Below, piece after piece: positions 33,831-42,023 of a stretch of 64,000 nt of DNA. Below the pieces are notes generated by a model. That model was given only the letters and a program-made list of their open reading frames with translations, was not told where the DNA came from and ran no database searches. The position numbers and the translations under genes were made by a program. The DNA comes from Paracoccaceae bacterium. Lineage in GTDB: Bacteria; Pseudomonadota; Alphaproteobacteria; Rhodobacterales; Rhodobacteraceae. Each line of letters starts with the position of its first letter. Within the stretch, counting starts at the first letter, position 1. Location of the stretch: NCBI GenBank assembly GCA_026419405.1, contig JANZZL010000005.1:6689-70688 (forward strand). Reading direction: 5' to 3'.

Positions 33831-34397
33831 TCAGTCCTTCGCGCGCTCGACGTAGCTGTTGTCGGCGGTGTTGATCACGATGCGGGTGCCCGCGTCGATG
33901 TGCGGCGGCACCATGACGCGCACGCCGATGTCGGTCATCGCCGGCTTGTAGGACGAGGACGCCGTCTGCCCCTTCACCACCGGCTCGGTCTCGGTGATCT
34001 CCACCGTGATCTTCTGCGGCAGCTCGATCGAGATCGCGCGGCCCTCGTGGATCTGCAGGAAGACGCGCATCCCCTCCTGGAGATAGACCTTCTGGTCGCC
34101 GATCACGTCCTCGCCCACGGTGATCTGCTCGTAGGTCTCGGGCTCCATGAAGTGGAAGCCCTCGCCGTCCTCGTAGAGGTAGTCGTAGGCCTTCTCCTCG
34201 ACATGGGCCCGCTCCACCTGGTCGGTGGTCTTCCAGCGCTCGCTCACCTTCACCCCGTCCGAGATCCGGCGCATGTCCACGCTCGTCGTCGGCGTGCCCT
34301 TGCCGGGGTGGAAGTTCTCGGCCGAGAGCACGACGTAGAGCTTGCCGTCGATGTCGAGCACGTTGCCCTTGCGGAGCGAGGAGGCGATGACTTTCAT
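33831..34397 (-). CDS. efp: Elongation factor P
   Basis: 188 aa. Canonical EF-P ([25 protein letters not shown]..) with Lys at the modification loop. Confidence 0.95.
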   Translation of the reverse strand: MKVIASSLRKGNVLDIDGKLYVVLSAENFHPGKGTPTTSVDMRRISDGVKVSERWKTTDQVERAHVEEKAYDYLYEDGEGFHFMEPETYEQITVGEDVIGDQKVYLQEGMRVFLQIHEGRAISIELPQKITVEITETEPVVKGQTASSSYKPAMTDIGVRVMVPPHIDAGTRIVINTADNSYVERAKD

Positions 34398-34509
34398 GGG
34401 CGGTCGTCCTTGTGCAGGCTGGGGCGCCCGGCTATGGCGGGGCCGTCGAGGGTGCCCCTAGCGCATCTTCCGCCGTTCCGCCAGAGAGAAGCCGCCCCCG
34501 GAGCCACCC

Positions 34510-35553
34510 GTGACCGCCCCCGACACCCCCTGGTGGGACCCCGGCCGCCACGCCGACCGCCGGCCGCTGCTGCTCGCCCGCAACCGCATCCGGTCGGCGA
34601 TCCGCGCCTGGTTCGAGGCGCGCGGCTTCACCGAGGCCGACCCCGCCGCGCTCGCCGTCTCGCCGGGCAACGAGGCGCATCTGCACGCCTTCGCCACCGA
34701 AGCCGTCGCGCCCGACGGCACGGCGCGCCGCCTCTACCTGCACACCTCGCCGGAATTCGCGCTCAAGAAGCTGCTCGCCGCGGGCGAGGAGCGGCTCTTC
34801 GCCTTTGCCCATGTCTGGCGCAACCGCGAGCGCGGGGCCCTGCACGCGCCCGAATTCACCATGCTCGAATGGTATCGCGCGGCTGCGCCCTACGAGACGC
34901 TGATGGAGGACTGCGCCGCGCTGCTGGCGCTGGCCGCGCGCGCCGCGGGCGCCGGCACGCTGCGCTTCCGCGACCGCAGCTGCGACCCCTTCGCCCCGCC
35001 CGAGCGGCTCACCCTGGCCGAGGCGCTGGCCCGCCATGCGGGGCTCGACCTCCTCGCCACGATCCGCCCCGACGGGACGACCGACGCCGCCCTGCTCGCC
35101 GAGGCCGCCCGGTCCGCCGGCCTCGCCATCCGCGCGGGCGACGGCTGGTCGGACATCCTTTCGCGCCTGCTCGTGACCTTCGTCGAGCCCAATCTCGGCC
35201 TCGGCCGGCCGACGATCCTCGACCGCTACCCCGCCGCCGAGGCCGCGCTCGCCCGGCGCGCGCCCGACGATCCGCGCCTGGCCGAACGCTTCGAGCTCTA
35301 CGCCTGCGGGGTGGAACTCGCCAACGGCTTCGGCGAGCTGACCGACCCGGCCGAGCAGCGCGGCCGCTTCGAGGCCGAGATGGACGAGATGGCACGGGTC
35401 CACGGCACCCGCTACCCGATCGACGAGGATTTCCTCGCCGCCCTTGCCCGGATGCCCCCCGCGAGCGGCATCGCCCTCGGCTTCGACCGGCTGGTGATGC
35501 TCGCCACCGGCGCGCCGCGCATCGACGACGTGCTCTGGGCCCCGCCGCCCTGA
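34510..35553 (+). CDS. epmA: EF-P lysine beta-lysyltransferase (GenX/PoxA, truncated LysRS-like)
   Basis: 347 aa. Class II aaRS catalytic-core motifs without an anticodon domain (FTMLEWY, ELANGFGELTDP, GIALGFDRLVM). Divergent from efp. Confidence 0.85.
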   Translation: MTAPDTPWWDPGRHADRRPLLLARNRIRSAIRAWFEARGFTEADPAALAVSPGNEAHLHAFATEAVAPDGTARRLYLHTSPEFALKKLLAAGEERLFAFAHVWRNRERGALHAPEFTMLEWYRAAAPYETLMEDCAALLALAARAAGAGTLRFRDRSCDPFAPPERLTLAEALARHAGLDLLATIRPDGTTDAALLAEAARSAGLAIRAGDGWSDILSRLLVTFVEPNLGLGRPTILDRYPAAEAALARRAPDDPRLAERFELYACGVELANGFGELTDPAEQRGRFEAEMDEMARVHGTRYPIDEDFLAALARMPPASGIALGFDRLVMLATGAPRIDDVLWAPPP

Positions 35554-35587
35554 CGCGCCACGCCGACACGCCGGCCCGACCCGCCCC

Positions 35588-35647
35588 CCTCTTCCCCTTT
35601 CTCAAGTATCCTCGGGGGAGCGCGAGGGGGCAGACGGCCCCCTCGCC
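35588..35647 (-). repeat. Repeat family copy F (3' end of the DUF2783-like gene)
   Basis: The reverse complement reads ggcgagggggccgtctgccccctcgcgctcccccgaggatacttgagaaaggggaagagg. This is the most diverged right arm. It contains the gene's last codons and its stop. Confidence 0.75.
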
Positions 35648-35835
35648 CCGGTCCGCACCGCCAGCGCCAGCGCCTCGCTCAGCGCGGCGCGGCTGCCGAC
35701 GTGATTGGCCAGGATCAGGACGAGGCGGGCGTTCAGCGCCGCGCTCTCGGCCTCGGCAAGCCCGCGATGCGCCGCCTGAAGCTCGGCAAGGAACCCGTCG
35801 GCATCGGGCAGGTTGGGCCGCGTGATCAGCGTCAT
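35602..35835 (-). CDS. DUF2783-like small protein (possible MhaB-type hydroxylase coupling protein); C-terminus runs into repeat copy F
   Basis: 77 aa. ATGA overlap with the monooxygenase stop. MTLITRPNLPDADGFLAELQAAHRGL.. resembles DUF2783 from memory. The last 14 or so codons lie inside the repeat. Confidence 0.6.
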   Translation of the reverse strand: MTLITRPNLPDADGFLAELQAAHRGLAEAESAALNARLVLILANHVGSRAALSEALALAVRTGARGPSAPSRSPEDT

Positions 35836-37382
35836 GCCGGCTCCCTCCACAGCGCCTGCGCGGCGGCCTCGACCTCGGCGGCGCCGGCCGCGACCCAGCG
35901 CGCGGCGATCACCTGGTCGGGGCGCACGAGGTAGAGCGCCCGGTCGGACTGGCCGAGGTAGCGGTCGGCCACCGCCGCGTTGATCTCCGCGCGCAGCGTG
36001 CGCAGGCCCGTGGCGGGCGGTTCGGCGCCGATGGCCAGCAGCGTCGCCTCCATGCCCAGCGCCTCGGTCAGCCAGCCGTTGCCCTGCGGCGCGTCCGGCG
36101 CGACGGCGCCGGGGCGCGCCGCCGGCGGCAGGCGCGGGTCGTCGGGCGCCCCGAGCGGATAGACGCAGGGCCGCGAGAGCCGGCCCGAATTCACCATCGG
36201 CCGGGCGAAGTCGGCCTCGGCGGCCAGCGCCAGCACCGCGTCGCGGAACAGCCGCTCCGCCCCCGGCGCGGGCGAGATGAAGCGCGTCGCGCGGGAGGAG
36301 TTGAGGATGTTCTCGTCCGCGGCGAAGGTGCGCTCGCGGTCGTAGGCGGCCAGGATCGCGGCCTCCGCCCGGCCGGAGAGCACCGCCGCCAGCCGCCAGC
36401 CGAGGCCCGCCGCATCCTCGAGCCCACCGTTGCCGCCGCGCGCCCCGAAGGGCGAGACGACATGCGCGCTGTCGCCGGCGAAGATCACGCGGCCGTGCAC
36501 GAACCGCGCGAGCCTGCGGCACTGGAAGGTGTAGACGCTCACCCAGTCGAGCCGGAAGTCGCGGTGCCCGACCATGCGTTCGATGCGCGGGATCACCCGT
36601 TCGGGCCGCTTCTCGGCCTCGGGGTCGGCATCCCAGCCGAGCTGGAGGTCGATGCGCCAGATGTCGTCGGGCTGCTTGTGCAGCAGCGCCGACTGGCCGG
36701 GGTGGAAGGTCGGCTCGAACCAGAACCGCCGCTCGGCCGGGAAGTCGGCCTTCATCTCGATGTCGGCGATCAGGAAGCGCTCCTCGAAGAGCTCGCCCGC
36801 GAACTCGAGCCCCAGCATCCGCCGCACCGGCGAGCGCGCGCCGTCGCAGGCCACGAGCCAGTCCGCCTCGATCGCATAGGGTCCCTCCGGCGTCCCGACG
36901 CCGAGCCGCACGTGATCCTCCCCGACCGCCAGCCCCTCCACCCGGTTGCGGAAGCGCAGCTCGATCAGCGGCGAGGCCAGCGCCGCCTCGGCGAGGTATT
37001 CCTCGACGTAGTACTGCTGGAGGTTCACGAAGGCCGGCATCTTGTGGCCCGCCTCGGGCAGGAGGTCGAACTCGAACACCTGGGTGTCGCGGTGGAAGGT
37101 GCGCCCCACCTTCCAGGTCACGCCCTTGGCGAGACAGCGCTCGCCCACGCCCAGCCGGTCGAGGATCTCGAGCGACCGCTTCGACCAGCAGATCGCCCGG
37201 CTGCCGACCGAGACCACGTCGTTGTCGTCGAGCACCGTCACCCGCTGCCCGCGCCGGGCGAGGTCGAGCGCAAGCGCAAGCCCGACCGGCCCCGCGCCGA
37301 CGATCACCACCGGATGCCGCGGCTCGGGCGCGGTCAGGCCGGGCGGCGAGCGGTAGGGAAAGCGCCGGTGCACATAGGGCAT
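35832..37382 (-). CDS. FAD-dependent aromatic-ring monooxygenase (MhpA/PheA-TfdB type)
   Basis: ATG at 37382 gives MPYVHRRF..HPVVIVGAGPVGLALALDLARRG. Has the later GDSAHVVSPFGARGGNGGLED motif typical of class A flavoprotein hydroxylases. Confidence 0.85.
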   Translation of the reverse strand: MPYVHRRFPYRSPPGLTAPEPRHPVVIVGAGPVGLALALDLARRGQRVTVLDDNDVVSVGSRAICWSKRSLEILDRLGVGERCLAKGVTWKVGRTFHRDTQVFEFDLLPEAGHKMPAFVNLQQYYVEEYLAEAALASPLIELRFRNRVEGLAVGEDHVRLGVGTPEGPYAIEADWLVACDGARSPVRRMLGLEFAGELFEERFLIADIEMKADFPAERRFWFEPTFHPGQSALLHKQPDDIWRIDLQLGWDADPEAEKRPERVIPRIERMVGHRDFRLDWVSVYTFQCRRLARFVHGRVIFAGDSAHVVSPFGARGGNGGLEDAAGLGWRLAAVLSGRAEAAILAAYDRERTFAADENILNSSRATRFISPAPGAERLFRDAVLALAAEADFARPMVNSGRLSRPCVYPLGAPDDPRLPPAARPGAVAPDAPQGNGWLTEALGMEATLLAIGAEPPATGLRTLRAEINAAVADRYLGQSDRALYLVRPDQVIAARWVAAGAAEVEAAAQALWREPA

Positions 37383-37386
37383 GGGC

Positions 37387-37590
37387 TCAGTCCTTCGGAG
37401 GCCTGAGAAGGCGCCAGAGGCTCCAGCCGGCGGTGCCGCCGAAGAAGCCGCCGGCGAGCAGGCCGATCTCGACGAAGGCGGGGCCGGAGGGCAGGCCGTG
37501 AAGTGCGACTGCCGCGCCGAGCAGGGCAAGGCCGGCCAGCGACACGACAAGCCGGAAGACAAGCTCGCCGCGGCCGGGCCCGTGCCTCAT
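37387..37590 (-). CDS. Hypothetical small membrane protein
   Basis: 67 aa with two hydrophobic segments (LVFRLVVSLAGLALLGAAVAL; FVEIGLLAGGFFGG). Ends 4 nt before the monooxygenase start. No family recognised. Confidence 0.4.
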   Translation of the reverse strand: MRHGPGRGELVFRLVVSLAGLALLGAAVALHGLPSGPAFVEIGLLAGGFFGGTAGWSLWRLLRPPKD

Positions 37591-37648
37591 GCGGGCTCCC
37601 CCCGGCGTGCCGGCGGCGCGGCGCGAAACCGTCCGAGCGTGCCGCCGC

Positions 37649-38599
37649 TCATCCCTGGAGCGCCTCCCAGACCTCGCGGTCGCGCGCGGCGGTCCAGATC
37701 CGCGGCGTGTCGATCCCCAGCGCCTCGTCGTAGGCGCGGCTGACGTTGAAGGGCAGGCAGTGCTCGTAGATCGCATAGCCGGCGAACTTCGGGTCGCATT
37801 CGGCGCGCACCGCCTCCCAGGCCTGCCGCAGCGACCCGCCGCGCGCGGCCACGCGCGCCGCCGGCCGGAAGGTGCTGGCCAGGAAATCCGCGGTCGAGGC
37901 CAGCGCGCGGCCCACCGCCTCGCGCCCGACGAGCGCCTCGCCCCGCCCCGGCGCGATCGCCGCGGGCTCGAAGGCGGCGATGCGGTCGAGCGTGGCCGGC
38001 CAGTCGCCGAAATGCCCGTCACCGCAGTAGCAGGCCGAGCGGTCCTCCACGATGTCGCCGGTGAACATCACATCCGCGTCGGGCACCCAGACAACCGCAT
38101 CGCCCGCGGTGTGGGCGCGTCCGAGATGCCGGATCTCGACACGCCGGCGCCCCAGATACACCGTCATCCGGTCGCCGAAGGTGGTGGTGGGCCAGGTAAG
38201 CCCCGGGATCTCCTCGTGCCCCCGGAACAGCCGCGGAAAGCGGCCGAACTCGCTCGCCCAGTCTTCGGCCCCGCGCTCGGCCACCATCGCGCGGGTGCGC
38301 TCCGACATGATCACCTCGCGCGCGCCGTAGGCCGAGGCGCCGAGCACGCGCACCGCATGGTGATGCGTCAGCACCAGATGGGTGATCGGCTTGTCGGTGA
38401 CCTCGCGGATGCAGTCGATCACCTTGCGGGCGAGCCGCGGCGTCGCCTGCGCCTCGACCACCATCACCGCGTCGTCGCCGATGATCACGCCCGAATTGGG
38501 GTCGCCCTCGGCGGTGAAGGCGTAGAGACCCGGGCCGATCTCGGTGAACGAGATCCGCTTCTCCGTCAGGTCGCCGGTCGAGGCGAAGGTCCTGCCCAT
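37649..38599 (-). CDS. MBL-fold metallo-hydrolase (atypical first metal motif)
   Basis: 316 aa. Beta-lactamase-fold layout (SGVIIGDDAVMVVEA.., THHHAVR in place of HxHxDH, ..GRAHTAGD.., ..FTGD..). Confidence 0.75.
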   Translation of the reverse strand: MGRTFASTGDLTEKRISFTEIGPGLYAFTAEGDPNSGVIIGDDAVMVVEAQATPRLARKVIDCIREVTDKPITHLVLTHHHAVRVLGASAYGAREVIMSERTRAMVAERGAEDWASEFGRFPRLFRGHEEIPGLTWPTTTFGDRMTVYLGRRRVEIRHLGRAHTAGDAVVWVPDADVMFTGDIVEDRSACYCGDGHFGDWPATLDRIAAFEPAAIAPGRGEALVGREAVGRALASTADFLASTFRPAARVAARGGSLRQAWEAVRAECDPKFAGYAIYEHCLPFNVSRAYDEALGIDTPRIWTAARDREVWEALQG

Positions 38600-38688
38600 G
38601 TTGCGCGCGCTCCTCAGCCTGCCGCGTTCTGCCCCGCGCCGTTCGTCGCGGTGGACGCCGGCCCGGCGATCGGTATCGGATCGGCGCC

Positions 38689-39249
38689 ATGACCCGCGAC
38701 CTCCGCCCCCATGCCGTCACGGCGGCGATCATCCTGGCGACTGCGGCCTGGCTCCTCTGGATCGGCCGGGTGCCCTGGTGCGACTGCGGCTACATCAAGC
38801 TCTGGCACGGCGAGACCCTGAGCGCGGAGAACTCCCAGCACATCTCCGACTGGTATACGCCATCGCACGTCATCCACGGCATCCTGTTCTACGCGGGCCT
38901 CTGGCTTGTGGCGCGGCGACTGTCCTTCGGCTGGCGGCTTGCCATCGCCACGGCGATCGAATCGGCCTGGGAGATCGTCGAGAACTCCGACGCGATCATC
39001 GAGCGCTACCGGGCGGTGACGATCTCGCTCGACTACTACGGCGATTCGGTCATCAACTCGGTGGCTGACATCCTGGCGATGGTCGCAGGCTTCTGGCTCG
39101 CCCGGGTGATCCCGGTCCGGGCCAGCATCGCGGTCGTCGTCGGCTTCGAGGTGCTGACGGCGATCGTCATCCGCGACGGGCTCACGCTCAACATCCTGAT
39201 GCTGCTCTGGCCGCTCGAGTCGGTCAGGGAGTGGCAGGCCGGCGCCTGA
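38689..39249 (+). CDS. UPF0314/DUF2585 family membrane protein
   Basis: 186 aa. WCDCGYIKLWHG..SENSQHISDWYTPSHVIHG..AWEIVENSDAIIERYR..ISLDYYGDSVINS matches the UPF0314 family. Confidence 0.75.
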   Translation: MTRDLRPHAVTAAIILATAAWLLWIGRVPWCDCGYIKLWHGETLSAENSQHISDWYTPSHVIHGILFYAGLWLVARRLSFGWRLAIATAIESAWEIVENSDAIIERYRAVTISLDYYGDSVINSVADILAMVAGFWLARVIPVRASIAVVVGFEVLTAIVIRDGLTLNILMLLWPLESVREWQAGA

Positions 39250-39266
39250 GGCGGCAGGGCGCGCCC

Positions 39267-40529
39267 TCACCGCCCGGCCCCCGCGGGCTCGGCATGGGCG
39301 GGCAGCCCCGTGCCCGAGCACGCGCCGAAGCCGATCCGGTAGCCGTCGCCCTGCGCCCATCCCCTGAGCGTCACGGTGTCGCCGTCCTCGAGGAAGCTGC
39401 GGGTCTCGCCGGAGGCGAGCGCCAGGGGCTCCCGCCCGCCCCAGCTCAGCTCGAGGAGCGAGCCGCGGTTCTCCCGCCGGGGCCCCGAGATGGTGCCCGA
39501 GCCGAGGAGGTCGCCCACCCGCATCGGGCAGCCCGAGGTCGTGTGGTGACAGAGCTGCTGGGCGGCCGAGTAGTACATCTCGCGGTAGTTGGTGCGCGAG
39601 ATCACGGTTTCGCCTCCGCCCGCCGGCGTCAGCGCCACCTCGAGCGCGATGTCGTAGAGCATCGGCCCCGGCTCGGCGAGATAGGGCAGAAGCGGCCGCT
39701 CGCGCGGCGGGGTCGGCACCCGGAAGGGCTCGAGCGCGGCCTTCGGCACGATCCACGGGCTGATCGTCGTCGCCGTCGCCTTCGCCTGGAAGGGACCGAG
39801 CGGCTGGTATTCCCAGGCCTGGATGTCGCGCGCCGACCAGTCGTTGAGAAGCACGAAGCCGAAGATCATCGCGTCGGCCTGCGCGACGGTGACCATGCCC
39901 TCGGAGGGCTGGCCGACCACCGCGCCCAGCTCCAGCTCGAAGTCGAGACGCCGGCTCGGCGCGAACACCGGCAGGTCCGCGTCGGCGGGCCTGATCTGCC
40001 CCCAGGGCCGGCGCACCGGCGTGCCCGAGACGACGACCGACGAGGCCCGGCCGTTGTAGCCGACGGGAATCGACAGCCAGTTCGGCGGCAGCGCGTTCCC
40101 GGGCCCGCGGAACATCGCGCCGACGTTGAAGGCGTGGTGCCGGCTGGCGTAGAAGTCGGTGTATTCGGCGACGGCGAAGGGCAGGTGCAGGCGCACGGCG
40201 TCCTGCGGGACGAGGTAGGGCGCAAGCCAGTCCCGCGCCGCCGCGCCCTCGGCCAGAAGCGCGGTCAGCGTGGCGCGGAAGTCGGCCCAGGCCGCCGGCC
40301 CCAGCGCCATGAAGGCGTTCCAGGCGGGCGCGGCGAAGACCCCCGCGGCGGGCAGGTCGAGCCGGCCGTCGCGCTCCAGTGCCGCGACATCGAGGATCCG
40401 CTCGCCGATGGCGACGCCGCAGCGCGGGCCCCCGCCCGCGCCGGAGAACACGCCGCAGGGCAGGTTGTTCAGCGGAAACTCGGCCTCGGGCGCATTGGCG
40501 CTCTCGATCCAGCTTCGCATGGGCGGCAT
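39267..40529 (-). CDS. fahA: Fumarylacetoacetase
   Basis: 420 aa. N-terminal FAA-hydrolase domain (SWIESANAPEAEFPLNNLPCGVF) and C-terminal FAH fold (FGFVLLNDWSARDIQAWEYQPLGPF). Confidence 0.9.
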   Translation of the reverse strand: MPPMRSWIESANAPEAEFPLNNLPCGVFSGAGGGPRCGVAIGERILDVAALERDGRLDLPAAGVFAAPAWNAFMALGPAAWADFRATLTALLAEGAAARDWLAPYLVPQDAVRLHLPFAVAEYTDFYASRHHAFNVGAMFRGPGNALPPNWLSIPVGYNGRASSVVVSGTPVRRPWGQIRPADADLPVFAPSRRLDFELELGAVVGQPSEGMVTVAQADAMIFGFVLLNDWSARDIQAWEYQPLGPFQAKATATTISPWIVPKAALEPFRVPTPPRERPLLPYLAEPGPMLYDIALEVALTPAGGGETVISRTNYREMYYSAAQQLCHHTTSGCPMRVGDLLGSGTISGPRRENRGSLLELSWGGREPLALASGETRSFLEDGDTVTLRGWAQGDGYRIGFGACSGTGLPAHAEPAGAGR

Positions 40530-40566
40530 CGGGATCTCCGGTCGCGTGGCGCGGCGGGCCGGCGTC

Positions 40567-41928
40567 TCACTTCGGGCCGGGGGTGCCGTCGAACTTCTTC
40601 TCGAGGTCCTTCCAGCAGTCGATGTAGTCGTCCTGCAGCGGCGCCTCGCGCGCGGCGAAGGCGGTCAGGTGCTGCGGGAAGCGCGTCTCGAACATGAAGC
40701 TCATGGTGTTGTCGAGCTTCTCGGGGGCGAGCGTGGCATTCGAGGCCCGCTCGAAGGCGGTCCGGTCCGGCCCGTGGGGCAGCATCATGTTGTGCAGGCT
40801 CATGCCGCCGGGCACGAAGCCCTGCGGCTTGGCGTCGTAGACGCCGTGGATGTTGCCCATCAGCTCCGACATGATGTTCTTGTGATACCACGGCGGGCGG
40901 AAGGTGTGCTCGGCCACCATCCAGCGTTCGCGGAACAGCACGAAGTCGATGTTCGCCGTGCCCTCCACGCCCGAGGGCGCGGTCAGCACGGTGAAGATCG
41001 AGGGGTCGGGGTGGTCGAACAGGATCGCGCCGACCGGGCAGTAGGTCCTGAGGTCGTACTTGCAGGGCGCGTAGTTGCCGTGCCAGGCCACCACGTCGAG
41101 CGGCGAGTGCCCGATGCGCGTCCTGTGGAACTGGCCGCACCACTTGACGGTGAGGGTCGAGGGCACCTCGCGGTCCTCGAAGGCGGCGACGGGCGTCTTG
41201 AAGTCGCGCCGGTTGGCCATGCAGTTGGCGCCGATCGGACCGCGGGCGGGAAGCTGGAACTTCTGCCCGTAGTTCTCGCAGACGAAGCCGCGCGCCGGCC
41301 CCTCGAGCAGCTCCACCCGGTAGACCAGCCCGCGCGGGAGGATGGCGATCTCCTGCGGCGCGAGGTCGATGATGCCAAGCTCGGTGCAGAAGCGCAGCTG
41401 CCCCTCCTGCGGCACGACGAGAAGCTCGCTGTCGGCCGAGTAGAAGTAGGCGTCCTCCATCGAGGCGGTGACGAGGTAGACATGGCTTGCCATGCCGACC
41501 TGGGTGTTGACGTCGCCCGCGGTGGTCATCGTCCGCATGCCGGTCAGCCAGGTCAGGCTCTCGCCGGTGTGGGGCACCGGGTCCCAGCGGTACTGGCCGA
41601 GCGAGATCACGCCGTCGACGACGTGCGGGGCCGTCTTCCAGTAGGGCAGCTCGATGCGCTCGAAGCGGTGCGTGTGCTTCACCGAGGGGCGGATGCGGTA
41701 GCACCAGGTGCGCTCGTTCCGATGGCTCGGCGCGGTGAAGGCGGTGCCCGAAAGCTGTTCGCCATAGAGGCCGTAGCTGCACTTCTGCGGCGAGTTCTGC
41801 CCCTGCGGCAGGGCGCCCGGCAGGGCCTCGGTCTCGAAGTCGTTGCCGAAGCCGGGCATGTAGCCCTCGTGCAGGCCCTGCATCGAGGGCGCGCGGATCA
41901 TGCCCTGCGGCAGCGCATGCGTGGTCAT
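40567..41928 (-). CDS. hmgA: Homogentisate 1,2-dioxygenase
   Basis: ATG at 41928 (MTTHALPQG). [25 protein letters not shown] and the conserved body are typical HmgA. The track start at 41988 runs through the GTGCAC repeat array. Confidence 0.92.
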   Translation of the reverse strand: MTTHALPQGMIRAPSMQGLHEGYMPGFGNDFETEALPGALPQGQNSPQKCSYGLYGEQLSGTAFTAPSHRNERTWCYRIRPSVKHTHRFERIELPYWKTAPHVVDGVISLGQYRWDPVPHTGESLTWLTGMRTMTTAGDVNTQVGMASHVYLVTASMEDAYFYSADSELLVVPQEGQLRFCTELGIIDLAPQEIAILPRGLVYRVELLEGPARGFVCENYGQKFQLPARGPIGANCMANRRDFKTPVAAFEDREVPSTLTVKWCGQFHRTRIGHSPLDVVAWHGNYAPCKYDLRTYCPVGAILFDHPDPSIFTVLTAPSGVEGTANIDFVLFRERWMVAEHTFRPPWYHKNIMSELMGNIHGVYDAKPQGFVPGGMSLHNMMLPHGPDRTAFERASNATLAPEKLDNTMSFMFETRFPQHLTAFAAREAPLQDDYIDCWKDLEKKFDGTPGPK

Positions 41929-41949
41929 GGTGGCCTCCCCCCGGACGGT

Positions 41950-41988
41950 GTGCACATCCCGTGCACATCCCGTGCACAACGCGTGCAC
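41950..41988 (-). promoter_or_regulatory. Four GTGCAC palindromes phased at 11 bp upstream of hmgA (putative operator/promoter array)
   Basis: GTGCAC occurs at 41950, 41961, 41972 and 41983, with an exact 11-bp period, 22-60 nt upstream of the hmgA ATG. Confidence 0.4.
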
Positions 41989-42006
41989 CGGTGGACGCGA
42001 TTATCG

Positions 42007-42018
42007 TTGCATTTGCAA
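42007..42018. promoter_or_regulatory. Palindrome TTGCA-TT-TGCAA in the hmgA upstream region
   Basis: Perfect 5-2-5 inverted repeat in a locally AT-richer stretch (ttatcgttgcatttgcaatgaag), 79-90 nt upstream of hmgA and just after the MFS stop. Confidence 0.3.
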
Positions 42019-42023
42019 TGAAG

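Noticed and set aside
33820-33833. The stop-codon palindrome TGAGCG-GG-CGCTCA joining convergent tesA-like and efp (and the CTAG stop overlap at 2820-2823) as a functional element.
   Set aside because: These are short and easily explained by chance plus tight gene packing. At most they form a tiny shared terminator stem, and there is no further evidence.
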